A stretch of 64,000 nt of DNA, from contig MU053629.1 in assembly GCA_013239625.1 (NCBI GenBank), forward strand, positions 957,567-1,021,566, in the 5' to 3' direction. The notes beneath the pieces are model-generated. The model was not told where the DNA came from. It saw only the letters and a program-made list of their open reading frames with translations, and did not search any database. This DNA is from Lama guanicoe. Its lineage: Eukaryota. Position numbers and translations under genes: made by a program. Shown one piece after another: positions 1-14,300 of this stretch. Each line of letters starts with the position of its first letter. Within the stretch, counting starts at the first letter, position 1.

Positions 1-3000
1 CTTCCCAGCGTACCCCACACATAAAAGACATTCCAAATCCGTTTGTGGATTGGCCCAGACGCACACGCTCCTGTAACAATTCCGGCATCCTTAATCACCT
101 ATGCACAGGACAGGAAGAATGTTTCAAAGTGATAGGTTCGCATTTCATTTTTGAGCAAAACACTGGCCCTTGAAAAGAAGTTTCTGTTGCTCCCTTCTGG
201 GGCTGCACTTGGATGTGTTGCTGGGGGGAGCCTGCTCGTAGGCCTCGCGGCAGATGTACATGAGGGCAGTTCAGCCCTCATTCATCCTTGGAGGGGCTGC
301 GAGACAGGCCCACTGCCGAGTCTGTCTGCTATCTCCAGAGGACAGCTAACGACAGGAGAGGGAAAAGCCCTTTATGTGGGTGTGTGTGGGGCAGAGGAAC
401 GATTCTCCGTCCTCTCTCCCCAGGTCCGTGGATGCTGCGTAGGGATGGGGGTGAGAGTAGAGGACACTTCATGATGGTGAATCCTGATCTGTTGTTAATT
501 CAGGAGGTACTCAGGATTTGGAATGCTGTCCTTCCAGTGAAACTCTTATTGGACTCATAAATCAGATATTAAAGTCCCAGGTACATGCAGCAGAATAATA
601 CAGCCCTGTGGTCTTTGATGAGCTGGGCTGACCACATCCTGCATCAGGACCCCACCCCACCCCATCCCAAGCCCATGTCCTCTATGAAAACCACATTTCA
701 CAATAAAACAGTTTGCCGATTAACTGGTGGAGTCATGCTGTGGTCATGGACACCATCATCTGAAGTGAGCCCCGTCACTATCTCAAATGAGGAAAGCACT
801 GTTGCTAGGAGCCCAGTGATCAGCATGTTAGAAATGTGACCCAGCGCCCAGGCAATAGGGTTTTTCCTTTTTGTTTTTAAGGTGAGTGACGGCTTCACAG
901 GGACAGCTGGCGTATCTGCATCCTGGGGGTCGGTCGGGAAGTGACTCGCTGGCTTACTGGTGCTCAGTGACCGCCGTCCCTGCTCTGCTCTCACAGCGTA
1001 CTCCTTTCCAGGGAACTCCAGGACTGTCTGCCTTAGCACCTTCCCAAGAAATAAAAAAGGAACAGGCCGATAGTTTGCCTAGGAATAGGAGTGTAATCAA
1101 TGTAAAGACAGTGTGACTCAGCAAAGTGTTTCTAGTCTCAAATCCTGGCAGGACTGTTCACATCTCTTCAATCCCCAGCCCTCCGCTGGAGAACGCCTAT
1201 CTGGAAGGTCTTGTATTGTCTCTTTCCCCTCCAGCGACAGTTTCTCATTAATCTCTCCTGCTCACTCTCTCTTAAACATAGAAAGAGCTTCCATAGTGCC
1301 TTCTAGTCACTAGGGAACATATGGAGCTTAAGATGATAAGTAATTTCGCCTACAGGACCAGGAATTTCCATTTCCACTTAAGCATTTATTTTCGGGATTA
1401 TAGATTGGAGGCTGTAGGATAATATAGAGTAAGTATAAAACAGACTGGGGGAGTCTAATCTGGAGGAAGCAAAGCATGCATATTAAAAATAATAATAATA
1501 GGATCTGATTGCCTGGCAAAATGAGAGCAAATGATACAGGAGTACATTGAAAACAGACATCATGCTCCCTTCCTGGAAAATTTTTAACCACTGAAAACCA
1601 ATGGGAAAGGCTCTCTCGGGCACGCTGTGTAATTTTCTCCAGTACTCCAGCCTCAGGCATGTGCGACTCGCCTTACCTCTCAGACCTTAGAAGCAAGAGC
1701 TCTGCTGGTTCGTAAGTGCTTTGGTTTTGCTATTTACTCTGGCCAGCAAGATTTTTGTTCTGTATCGTCGGTTTCTTCTGCTGGACTTAATTTAAAAATT
1801 CTCCCCTATCACTCATGTCCCATTTCTCGTTTTATGTCATTTAACTTCAAAAAAAAATTTCTTTGGTCTTACTATACCTTCGCTTTTATCCTAGAGCATC
1901 CGTAAATCTTCAGAGCAAAGAAATAGAGCATAAATAAATAATTACATAGACTCTCAGGGACTACAGAATCAGCTTTTTACTCCACAGGAGAGATCTGCAG
2001 GGAGCTTTTGCTTTCTGGGAAAGCAGGTGGATAAAAGTCACCATGAACACTCACTTCTTCCATGGAAAGACTCTCTGTGCTCTTCCTTTGGTCCTTGGAG
2101 AAGAGTCACCTGACCTGCTGGGGTTGCCAGACTCCAGTCTTCTTAATCGGTCGGGAGCCCTGGAGGTCTGCAGATAATTCTTTTTCCAGCCTTCCAGGAA
2201 AGATGGAAAGCGAGCTGGTGTGCCAGAGAGAATTAGGTTTCGCTCCTGTATTGATAGGAACTGAGGTGGGGTGGCAGCTCCCTTGTACTTTTCTCCTTTT
2301 GGTTCCTACCCAAGAAAGATAAAGCATTACTGATAAACATGGCACAATGTATTTGGATAAAAAAGGATCTGACTTGCATATAACAGCAATAGACATGTGC
2401 TACGTATTTAAAGGAATATGTAAATTTCATGCAGCAATTTGCAAGTTCAGATGAAAATCTATTTGCCAAATTTGGATACAAGAATGCAAGGTAAATAAGC
2501 CAAAATGTACACAGAAGATATAAGGCAGCATGTAATTGTATGCATTCCCAGGTTATTTGTTATAAAATGATAGGGAAAATATATAAAGAAAAAGAATGTC
2601 ACTCATAATCTCACCACCACTTAAAAAATTATTTTCCATGTGTTTTGCCTGTGTGTATATATAGAGCTTTTTATCTAAAACCTTATTTTTTTTATTCAAA
2701 AAAATTTCTGTAAGCACCTTGCTAGGCTGCTAACCTAACCTTCATGGTATCATGAAGATACTGGCTAATCCACTGTAACTTGTTATTCTTCTATTTTTGA
2801 ACATTCGGATTCTTTCTGATTTTTTTTTTTTTTTTTTTGCTCTCATCACTGTAACTGATATGAGGTTCTTTGTAATTTGGATATTTTCTGACTCATAGGA
2901 AATGAAAACATACACTTTTTTTAAAAAAAAAAAAAGCTATTTCTTTTAAATGTGGGCATACCCAGAACATGATTCCTGCTCCAGCCTGGACTGGACAGCC

Positions 3001-6000
3001 CATTTGATTTCCAGCCTTTGAGTCCATAAGAAACAAAACAAAACTTTCCCCAAATTTGTTGAAACAGAGGCGTTTAAGCAATCTAGCTCCACACGTTACC
3101 TCTGTATCTCCCCCTCTCCTCCTCCCACCAGCAGAAACAAACCTGAACTTGAAGAGATGCTGTCACACCGGCCACCCACTCTCTCCTGTACCCCGAGTCT
3201 AGACCAAGCACTGATACAAGTGAATAGCAGGTGTGTGGGCTCCAAGGCACTGCCCAGGGTCACTCTTTCTTCCGTCTTGGGAAGACCCTGGACTACTGGT
3301 AACAAACAGTGATAGAGGGAAGCAGCAGCGATAAAAGAAACAAACCGCATTGCGAAGATGCAGTCCACCATAGACATTAAACCCCAGGCTTTGCTCAGTC
3401 TTGTTTCAAGGGCAGGCGTTTTCCAAAGAGGTTTGTTTTGCATTTTGTGTTGGATCCCCATGGTGGTGAACAGACGGGAGGTTTTTTTATCTTAAGTTGT
3501 TTGGACTGAGATCGACAGCCTGGAGTTTCCTGAAGCATGGACTCCAAAATTGCCTTTTCTAAACAAATCTGGATGCAAAGTCTGCCTCAGAAGCTGTTCC
3601 GGGGACATCACCGGGCTCTGGCCCTTCACCTCCTCTCTCCTTTGTTGTGTTGCAAAAAATAAATACAACTACAAAAACAAAAAACAAAAACCCAGGCTTT
3701 GAAGCAAGACCAGTATTTGAAAGTCACTCAGCCACCTACTGGTTGTGTGGCTTTGAGTAAGCTGTTTAACTCCTCTGTCCGCAAGGTAGGAATGATGATA
3801 ACCATACCTGCCCCCAGGGCATGGCTCGGACAGTACGTGGGAAGTGTTTGGTATGGTGCCTGACACAGCAAGCTCTCAGTGATGCACGACTTCCTTTATG
3901 TTATTTAAACACACCTGAGTCTTGTGTCTGCAATCAGCCTCCCCTGGCTACAAAGAAAAGGCTGCCCCTTGTCTCTTCCATTCTCACCTGTGAGGCTGCT
4001 ATTTGGTGCTGTCTTTGCTCCTTCAAAGCTGCCTCTGATGTTTATTTCATCAGGGTGGTTCAGAGCCAGATAGCCCAGTTGGATCTTCCTCCTGAAGTCA
4101 CAAGGAGGCAAGGCTGCATCGCCCTTCAGAACTAAAATCCAGTGTCGACGAACAGCAAGAACAGCCCCTCTCCAGTGGGGAGGGCGGGGCTTGAGTAGAC
4201 CCAGCATGACGGAGCGACCAACCACGGCCAGCTCTCGGGGAGCCACCTCCCCCGTGCCATCCGGAAGAGGGCACCTAGGTCCTGTGTCTCCACCGAGGCG
4301 TGATGGGGTTTGCCTCTGGGGTTCGGTTTCTTGGGGATTCGCAATGACACTATGAAAATTCAGCTCACCTGGTTGTTGATCCTATTTCCAGACACCGGAA
4401 GGTTACCTAGGGCACTTGAAAGTTTTCTTTGGACAGTAATGAAATCCTCATCCTCCTCTGGTGAAATCCTTAGCATCTGAGGTCCTGCTTCATGGTTTCC
4501 TCTGTTGAGGTGTGGCTGTATCTCTAGCCTGGAAACAAGGGTCAGCAGGAGGAAGCAGGCTCTTCTCAGTCAGAGGAGATCCTGGATATGCAGAGAAGGC
4601 AGGAGCCTAGCTTCCTGGCTGTGGCTCTTATCTAGAGCGGCTTTGGGGTGTGGGGCAGGGCGCGGGGACCCAGCCAGCACCAGGAACAAAAGCCAAGCAC
4701 CTGCTCTGTGCTTTTGAGTCTGGTTGGCCAGGGTGTCTGACACCAGGGAACATCTTTCCTTTCACACTCCATTGTCTTGTGGCTTCAATTACATTCTTGA
4801 CTCAGAGCCCAGCAATGGGGATAGCAGACACTCCAGAAATTCTTAGAGCAGTGACTCACTTGAGTTTTCAGCCTCCCCACCCTGCTAACCGTGCCGCACA
4901 CTGCTGGTCCTCCAGGTGGAGGGCATCACCACGTCCACAAGCTGGGCCAGCATCCTCTGGCCTCAGAACTGGTGAGAGGGTGGGTCCTACCGGGGTGAGC
5001 ACTGAGTGCATCAGCGAAAGCAAGAGACCCAAAGAATGAGGAAAAAAGATAGAATTTAATATTTTACATTTCCCCCCTCCAAAACCATTAATGAAGTCAT
5101 TATTGGAAAAATCTGAATATCCTTGCTCTTCCTTCCACTTACTTTACAGCGATGTTTTACCTTGGGTTACAAATGTGGGAAGTCTTAAGCTGACTGCACA
5201 TCTCTTTGATGCCATGGCGCACCACCACAAAGAGCTGGGCCCCTCTGCAAGCTTCTCGCTTGCACACTTGCCCTTGACTCTCCTGAGGACCCCACCCCAC
5301 CACCTCCCAACCCAGAGCCTTCATCACCCTGCCACCACTCTCACACGGGGCAAATGCCGACCACAGTTACGTGCTAGGTTTCATATGTTTTTGCAAGTCT
5401 GCAACACTGAAAGCACTCGGGTTCAGTCCCTGGTTCTTCCCGGGTAGCAGCTGGATGGTTTGAGGCCAGTCATTTTGGCCTCTCCAAAGCTGCTTCCTCC
5501 TCTAAGCCTGTCCTTTACGGTTGCGTTAAAGAATAAAAGATAAAACATGTCCAGGGCCTGGTACGTGGCAGACTATCAGCAAATACTAGGGTTGTCAATG
5601 CCCTTTCTTCACGCCTGGTCCATTGTAAAAGGAAGACCGAGCAGGTCCTGTCTGTCCCTTAAAAAGAACCCCTGCCATCCCACGTTAGCCTGAAGGGTCT
5701 TACACGGAAACTTGACGCTTCGAAATAGCCTCCTGAGTCTCCTGCCTCCACCACCCCAAACCTTTAAAGCGGAAGGGCATCTCCAGAGAGAGGCTTGTTC
5801 ACAGGGTGATGCTGGAATCCTTTTCTGAAACTAATGCCTAATTTTTTTTCTTTTATTTTAGAGTCAACCATTAACAAAAGAGCAGGAGAGTGTGTCTGAG
5901 GGCTCCTCAGGGAGCGAGGCCCACCTGGGAGGGCAGAGCCAGTCCTGAGCCTCCGTGAGTTTCAGCAAGTGGTGCATTTCCAGGCAAGGCTCCCCTCCCG

Positions 6001-6087
6001 GCCGCTGTGTTGCAGAGTCCAGGCCAGCAGCACCGGCCCTGCTCAGGGCGGGGAGGGGCATGGGGGGTGTGGGTTAGCGCCTCCCAC

Positions 6088-6222
6088 GCCCTGATGCACG
6101 TGGGAATCACCTGGGGACCCAGTCAAAATGCAGATTCCGACTGTGGTCTGGGGCGGGCCTGAGGGTCTGCCTTTCTCACCGGCGCCAGAGCTGCTGGTCC
6201 GGGGACCACACCTGGAGTAGCG
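6088..6222. mobile_element. MER5A-like hAT-Charlie fossil
   Basis: GAATCACCTGGGGA...AAAATGCAGATTCC...GGTCTGGGGCGGGCCTGAG...GGGGACCACACCTGGAGTAGC. Confidence 0.7.
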
Positions 6223-7289
6223 GAGCTCTGAGGGGTGGCTTGGACTGTAACGTTGGCATTACTCAGAGAGACTGTAGGTGGTAGGAAGAGACAGAAACCA
6301 ACTCATCCTGCCCAGGAGCCACAGCCCGGAAGGGAGCGTGTGGTGCTCACAGCAGCCTGGGTCCTGGGGCGGGGAAGTGAGGCCCTTGAGACTGGATACA
6401 GTGAGAAAGAAGCAATCCCTCACCAGGGAGTCGGGGCGTCTTAGGTAGCCCACACCCACAAATGCCAACTCCAGCCCTCCCAGGCCCACAGCAGATACTG
6501 AGGGAGCTAAGGCACCCGCCAGGGCTACGGCCAGGCGAGTGGGACGCTAGGGTGCAAAATTAGGGACGTTCCCACCTCGCGGTCACGCAGGCACGCGTGC
6601 GTGGACACCTCCCTGACTTCTGCACCCTGGAGGCCTCACTCCCCTCACCCTGGTCCAGGCCTGCTAAGGAAGAGACCAGTCACACTGTGCTTTCCCCTCT
6701 TTGGTGTTCTGTTCCTTCTGGGACAGCCAGCTTGACCCTCTGTGCCTCCATTTGTCCCTCAGGAAAATAAGCTAACACAGTGAAGGCGAGTTTGGCGGTG
6801 GCTTACCATGAACAGCTTCAGAATCTATCCTGGAACATCTGGCACCTAACCCAGGACCTGGCATGTCGTCGGCGCTCAGTGAATGTCTTGTGCCTGAGTG
6901 ATTGACTCCTATCGCTCGCTGGAAAGGAGCTTTCATTATCTACTTGCAGTTCCTCCCTATCAGAGGGCAGGGGCCGGATTCTCATCATCTTTGCACTTAG
7001 TGTGTTCCTGGAATATAATAGCAGGCAACAAAAGTCTTGAATTTGATAGAATTGAAACTCATTCCCCCTGAAGGTAAAGTCACTAGTTGTAACAAGGCGG
7101 CAAATGAGGGACCCTCTTCAAAATACTTCCCTTACTCTTCTTGAAATTCCGGTGTTGATAACTTATTCCTTTGATATTCCTTTTCCTTACCAACTTGTCT
7201 TATTTTAAAACAGCAGAGCTGTAGAGAAAGGACTACATTAACCAAAAAACAAAACTCTGTCTTTATTGCATTTGTGCCTTGGGATTTTA

Positions 7290-7622
7290 TAAACTTGGCA
7301 AACGCTCGCCTGGGGGCCGTATTCAAGGCACCGCCTGTTTTTGTACAGCCTGAGAGCTAGGAATGGCTTTTATATTTTTACATGGTTGAAAAAAACTCAA
7401 AAGAAAAATAATAGTTCATGATATGTGAAAAGCATATAAAATTCAAATGTCAGTGTTTATAAATAAAGGTTTATTGGAACACAGCCACGTCCGTCCAGTT
7501 ATGTGATGTCTGTGGCTTTTTTGTGCTCCAGTGATGGAGGTGAGTAGCCGTGAGTCTTATGGTCCACAAAGTCTGAAATATTTACTGTCTGACTCTGTAC
7601 AGGAAAAATTTGTTGACTCCCG
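7290..7622. mobile_element. MER58B-like hAT-Charlie fossil
   Basis: CCGCCTGTTTTTGTACAGCCTGAGAGCTAGGAATGGC...ATAAATAAAGGTTTATTGGAACACAGCCAC. Confidence 0.75.
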
Positions 7623-8849
7623 ACTCTAAAAGGAGGCTGTTTGTACTTCTACAATTATCCTATCAGCTTGTTCCAGGATTGTTTACCAAACCATTAGATA
7701 GAATCTTAATTTAGTTAAAAAAAAAAAAAAGAAGAAAAGGCCCTCATATTAGAAGCTATGTAGATTCCCAGAAAGCTATGTGTAAGTAGAAATCCTATGA
7801 ATGAAATCATGGCTTAAATATTTTTTTACAATTTCTACTTAAAATACTTATTTCGGTTTAGAGAAATGCAAATATTCTCTCTCTGAGTTTTGGAGTCAGG
7901 TTTGTCTGAAGCAGGTGCCCCATTATCCCAGAGGCACGTCCTCTTTATCCTGTCTCCTCACTGCTCAGAATTCTTGGGGCGCGGGCCATCAGGACAGGTG
8001 CACTCCACATGTAACCTCAGTCTCGGCCCACTGGAGGCAGACTGCTTGAATTATGCTCCTAGCCAGAGAGAAACTTCTCAGCGGTGGAGAAGGAAGTGAT
8101 TTACTCCAGGCCCTCCCAGCAAGATGCCTGGTAAATCATCTACAGCGAATGGTTTCCATACTGCAAGGAGCAGGGGCGGGCAGGAACGCGCAAGAGTAGG
8201 AATTCCAGAATTGATATTTTTCTTCTTGTCCCCTACCCCACCCTCCAGCTTATCGGTAAGTGCGAGGTTGTCATTTTGGCCCCGTATCCCCACATGGACT
8301 CACTGTCTCCACAAACTTTCGGTTTTGCAGCTGGTCGACTTGAAGGAATGTGAACTTGGGCTGAGCTGGCAGCGTGGAGATTTTCAAGTGAGACGTCACC
8401 TCCCAGTCGGGGAAGTTGGTCAAGTCGGATCCCAGTCTGTAAGTTGTGATTCCCCCTGGCTCTCTGGAATTCTCGGTTTTCCTGGAGGGATTTTGACGGT
8501 GTCACCACTGTGAGTCTTGGAGCTCCGTTTCCCTTTCTCACCTTCGTCAGTGTCGCAGCAGGTGCCATGTGAGAATTCACAGCCCCCTAGCAGCATGGGA
8601 GCCTTCTAGCCGTGCTTCAGATCGCTGGTGAGCAATTTGAAGATCAGCTCCACCTTCAGGATGTGAACTGGGGAGAGCTAACAGAAGGCCACAGGCTTTT
8701 CACTCCGCCTGCACAGGTGAATTTTCCCATCTCCCAGATTCATAGTGTAATGCGGTATATGGCATGAAATATCTTCAAGCAAAGAATCCCCAGTCTTTTC
8801 CTGATGTGAGGAAACTTTGCATCTGGTCGGAGTCATAAAATCAAAGTCC

Positions 8850-9520
8850 TGCCATTCTCACAACATTTCTGACACCAGATGCATGGTTTTTCCACACAAT
8901 AATCCATTCTCTGACACCAGCCAGGGGTCCTACAATTCAGTTCGGTTCTGACGCTGTCTGCTTGGAGTTAGCATCAGATCCCACAGGTTAAGGGCTCAAT
9001 CCCACAAGACTGCTCCCACCTCGGGTGCCAATCACGAGTCCCAGGCTGTCGCCCGTACTTTCGAGTGTCCGCTGGCTGTAAATCAGTGTTCCCGTTCCCT
9101 CCTCCTTGGGTTAAAAAATTTGCTAGAGTGGCTCACAGAATTCAGGAAAATGCTTGCTTTTGTTTACTGGTTTATTGTAAAGAATATAATAAAGATTTGA
9201 ATGAACAGCTAGATGAAGAGATACATAGGGCAAGAAAGGTCCAAAAGGGTCCTGCACTGAAAGTTCCAGGCTTCTGATCATGGCTTGGTCTTTCTGATGA
9301 CGAGCCCCCCGTCCAGGATTTCACTGTGGGTCACCTCATTAGAACAAAAGGCGCTCCTACCGCATAGGAATTTAGAGAGGTCTTTGGAGCTCTGTGTTAG
9401 GAACTGGGGTCAAAGACTAAATATTAGAAGATTCTCCTAGCACCCCTATATACACGGGTTTTAGGAGCTCTGTGTCAGGAACCAGGAGCAGAAATCGACA
9501 TATATATTTCTTATTTCACA
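8850..9520 (-). mobile_element. MER21-like LTR
   Basis: CACAACATTTCTGACACCAG...CCCACAGGTTAAGGGCTCAATCCCACAAGACTGC; terminus ...ATATATATTTCTTATTTCACA. Left boundary approximate. Confidence 0.75.
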
Positions 9521-9760
9521 AAGGGAGACCCAATTTTACAGATAGGGAGCTGAAGACCAGATTGATGAAGCAAGTTGCCCGACATCCTGCAGCAAAGGGG
9601 CAGCAGGGTTCACATTAAAATCTAGGGTCCCTGACCTCTTATCCAGAGCATTTCCCATTACACACACTGTCTTCCTTCGACTAGTGGAGGCGGGGCAGCA
9701 GGTGGAACCAGGAAGGCAGATTAGTAATGGATGGGACCAGGTCATTAAACAGAAGTGAGT

Positions 9761-10124
9761 AAATACCATATGATATCACTCATATATGGAATCTTAAAAT
9801 AAAAAAGACACAGATGAACTTATTTACAAAACAGAAACAGACTCATAGACATAGAAAACAAACTTATGGTTACCAGTGGGGAAAGGGGGACGGAAGGGAT
9901 AAATCGGGAGTTTGAGATTTGCAGATACTAACTACTATATATAAAATAAAAAGTTTCTTCTGTGTAGCACAGAGAACTATATTCAATATCTTGTAGTGAC
10001 CTATAATGAAAGAGAATATGAAAAGGAATATATGTATGTATACATATGACTGAACCATTATGCTGTACACCAGAAATTGACACAACATTGTAAACTGACT
10101 ATACTTCAATTAAAAAAAAAAAAA
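9761..10124 (+). mobile_element. L1 3' end (cetartiodactyl-type), 5'-truncated
   Basis: Typical 3' UTR (AAACAGACTCATAGACATAGAAAACAAACTTATGGTTACC...CACAACATTGTAAACTGACTATACTTCAATT) plus poly(A). Confidence 0.88.
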
Positions 10125-11077
10125 GGTGAGAGGAACCACTAAATGCCAAACAGAGGAAGCACCCAGGGCTGCACACCCCATCTCTGACACAGCTACCATA
10201 CACCTTTATATTACAGAAAGGATGAAAACACAGCCTCAAGACCTGTGTCCTCGACTCTGCTCAGACTGCCAGCTCTAAGTCCTACTGGTGCCATGGACTT
10301 CACACGGATCCTCTTAGGCAGCACTACCTTGCAATAACTATCCGAACAGGTAATATCCCCATTGTAACTGAAAGCAAAACTGAGGCTCAGAAAGCACAGT
10401 GAGCTGGCAAGTGGTAGAGCTGGGCCTGGAACACGGAGCTGGCTGTGCGCAAAGTTCAAGTTCTTTTTTTTTTTTAACCATTTTCTGCTGCTTCCCTGCT
10501 GAGAATGCTAATGAGCTTCAGGGAGAAGAGGCGGGGCCTAGCGGGGTGGCTCCCCAGCCTTCTGGGCCTTCTGCTGGCTGCCCGTCTGTCCTGCGGGGAG
10601 CCCTGGGTTCAGCTGTAACTGGAGTGAAAGTCGGAGGGAGAAGACAGGCTTCCCCCAGCCAGAGAAAGCGGCTCCCGCTTGCCCCCAAGTGTGGCCCGAT
10701 GGCCTTAGTGCTCTCCGATGCTTTGGGCAAAGCAGGGGACCCATACCCGCTCGTTGTCAGGAGATAAAGAACCGATCTGATCCTAAACCAGGGCTAAGTT
10801 TTATGCCATCTTCCTTTGTCAGAAGGAAAATCAACACCTACATGCTCTGTATGGTACCCCCTCTTATGAAAAATTCCCTCAGAGAATGGGGCAGATGGAC
10901 CCAACCCATGCTGACCCGTGTGACAGAACCAGCCTTTAAGTTAGCCCATCTGGCTCACCTGGCGGGCCTGATGGTCCCTCAGTTCCGGAGGAATCCATTT
11001 TTTTCCCCCAGGAGCACAACCATCCTTTTAAACGGACTTTCACATTGTGCAGTTCAGTGGGGGGGACCCCTGCCCAC

Positions 11078-11348
11078 CAGGGCCACGTAATAACTGTTGT
11101 GGACCCTGGATACTCTGGCCTTTGTGGGCCCCTTCCTCCCTAAAAAAATGTAAAAGTTTATTTCATGTCTGCATTGGTATGAAGACAAATATATTAATAT
11201 TATATACCAAAATATTTTCTTCATCCTAAAAATTCTTTTATTTTCTTCCGATTTTAGAAGAAATTGAAACATTTTCACGGGCCTCCTAAAGCATCCTGGG
11301 CCCTGGACACTGCGCCTCCCCTGATGAATGGAGGAGAAGCTGGCCCTG
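11078..11348. mobile_element. MER96B-like hAT-Tip100 MITE
   Basis: Terminal inverted repeats CAGGGCC...GGCCCTG with GGGCCC subterminal repeats and an AT-rich core. Confidence 0.65.
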
Positions 11349-14300
11349 CTCACCCCCCCACCCCACGGCCCTGTTTGCAGAAACAAGCAAAGAGCCTGTT
11401 GCATTTGCTGAAGGAAATTCACAGTGTAGAGCATCTCTTCACTGAAGAGAGTCAAGTAATAAAAGACAGTCAGGAGGAGAGACCCTAGAAAGCCCAGGCC
11501 TGGGTGTCAGAGGCCTCGGTCTTAGTTGGGACCTTGCTACCTGACTCCTCAGCTGTCCTGTGGAAGCAAGGGGGTACATTGTTTGGGGGTCATGTTGAAG
11601 GTCAAAGGAGCCAGAGGCAGGGCCAGGAGCGGGAGTGAAGTTTTAATGAAGCCACAACTCTGATTGATCTCATGACTCTCTGGTGGTGAAAACAAGCCAA
11701 AGGCAAGCAAAAGCCCTGACCTGAGAGACGGTGAGGTCCCCACCCTGGGGACACCCCGGGGAGTGTCCAGAGGCGCTCCTGCCCAGGTGCCCTCAGGAGA
11801 TGGAGGCCCCAGATAAAGAGACAATCCAAGGGGCCTCGGGGGTGCGGGCCTTCCGGGCAGGTATGCTGTTTGAGAGAGAAGCAGCCAGACAAGGGAAGGG
11901 AGCCACGTGGCACAGGCTCCCTGCAGAGCAGCCCTGGGCACAAGCAGCCTGGCGGAGGTGGGGTGAGGGAGGGTGGGCAGCGGGTGGAAAGGGTAGGGCC
12001 GACCAGATGGCAGAAAGCCGCGAGGTACGTGAGTGACCTCTCTCCATGGCCCGCGGAATTTGTCAGGTCACCAACTTCATGAAATGTGGTTGAATATTTT
12101 GTAGGAAACAATGAAGGAGCTGAGCTTTGCGACCAGTTTTGACATCAGCTGAAACCGAAAGGTGCAGATATGCGAGAGCAAGGAATCAGAAGATGCCAGA
12201 AGGGAGGTGAGGCACAGGCCAATGATGTTGGCAAGGGCTTCGGGCAGCCGCAGTCAGGGCCATCTGGTGAGCAGGCCCCACGGGCACAGGGCCTCTGGCA
12301 GGTCAGCTTTTTTCAAAAGCTTCTAAAAATATGTGAGACAAGAAAAAAAAATTAATGGACCTGAAATACAAAGAGAAAAATATAAAATTGAGAGTAATAC
12401 GTTTATCTGTAGGACATAATTATGTCAACTTCACTTTTCAATTTAGTATTTATAAGTTCTTTATAGTTGAAAAGAAAGCTATGTTTTGATTTTTCTAACT
12501 CCATAAAATTTCCCGTGTCTGTACGATGACAGCCTGGAAAGCAGGGCCAATCACATAGTCAGTGGATGACTGGGCAGCTAAATAGTTTCAAAACCAAAAT
12601 TAAGAAAAGCCTTTTGATTTTTTTTCCCACAGCAAGAATGTTATATTTAATGTGAAATGTAAGTATATTCTAATTTTGATATGATGCCCGATGGGCTCAA
12701 TGGGCTCGATGATTAAAAGGTCCTGGGGCTGTTATGGTCTGAAAGCAGCCCTGCCCATGGGCCCTGGAACTGGGGTGCAGGCCAAGTTGAACCAGATCGC
12801 TGAGGAGGGAGATGGGGGCCTCAGCCGATATCAGATAATGACTGCACTGGGGCATCTCAGAACCTTCCAGTTCAGAGTCCGTCTGTACACAGGTGCTTTT
12901 AACCCTGAAGGGCTGTTCAGATGTATGAGCTTTTGGATGCAGGTGTAAAGCTCTCGGGAAGGAAGACGCACCTTACAAGTGTAGTGATCCGTTCAGTCTT
13001 CACCGGGGCTAAGGTCACTCATGAAGGAGAGAGTGAACCAGCACAGGGCAGGTGACAAATGACTACTTGGCTGGTGGCAGGGGGCCTGAGCGGGTCAGGA
13101 GGCCTGGGTGTGAGGCAGGGAGCTGCCGGGGTGTGCAGGGAGCTGCCTGCGGCCTGGGGTGGCCACCATGCAGCATCACTTAGCTGATGGCAGCTGGCAC
13201 GTACTGTCACCCGCTCCAGTAGTAAAAGCGACACTAATCGCCATTTGCCCCCTTTTTTGCCCCCTTCATGGTTTCACTCTTAACACTTGAGAAAAGGGAG
13301 GAGAAAAAACAATGGTGCCCTCCGGGCTTCTCTCTCTCCCTTGTTTTTTGTCTTTGGTCCTGTTCCAAGGCTCATATTGTGCCAGGCCCTTGCTCGTCAC
13401 ACCCTGCCGTGTTCTTTCTCTGCCCCAGCCCTCCCCAGCCCATTTCTCTCACTGCATGTTCCTCTCAGCGCGGCAGCACAGTGGCCCACAGACACCCGCT
13501 CAGGGCCCTCGCGGGCTGGGCTCAGAGCTGTGAGCGGTGGGGAGAGGAGAGGCCAGACTGAGGGGCCCCGGGGAGAGCCCGGGCCTTCTCTCCCCTCACC
13601 AGCAGGGGCTCTGGGCAGAGGACCTCACCCTGAAGCAGCAGTGAGGACGCGCTGGTGTAAGGCCACAGGTATTTGCTCTTCGTCAGCTGGTGACCTGGGG
13701 AAGGCAGTTTTATGGCTCTATGTGTCTTTCTGTCACGAGTATCAGTGACCAGAAAGGCAGTGGTCAAAGAGCAAAGCAGGGCAGTGGCCCTCCTCCAGAG
13801 AGCAGGCCTGGCCCTCCTTCCCCAAGGAGGTCCTGCCCCTCCCAGCGCTCCCTCCACCACACCAGGGTTGCTCCAGACCCTGAGGTCTAATAATTTTCAC
13901 AGTAATGAACTAACATTCATCTAGTACTTCCCTGCGCACTGTGATGCTGGGAACAAGGTGGGCCCAGTGTCAGAATTATGCCCATTTTACAGATGAGGAA
14001 ACAGTTCAGGGTGAACTGACTGACCGGTGTTCTGGGGCTGGTAATGGACCAGCGGAACGAGACTGGCACCTGGTTCTTCTGACTCCAAGCTCACAGTATA
14101 TGTGCTTGGACCCGGCACCCACAGGATCCAGGCCATGAGCATGGATTTGGAGTAGGAATACGCAATCAGTGAGTACATGTGGTCCCAGAACCAGAATTTC
14201 TGTCTCAGGCAATTCTCAAGGCTCTTAAAATGCTGATACTGTATAAAGCCACTGCATCTTAGCGAGAAGGGTTGTTTCTTTTACGGTAAGATTCAGTTCA

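Noticed and set aside
1..9000. Possible TPM1 terminal exons, expected from human synteny
   Set aside because: No tropomyosin-like coding sequence found; the acceptor-like tract at ~5842-5862 is not followed by a recognisable exon
10399..13924. Clusters of 100-170 aa ORFs in GC-rich intergenic DNA
   Set aside because: No recognisable homology, no consistent splice structure, and they overlap on both strands as expected by chance
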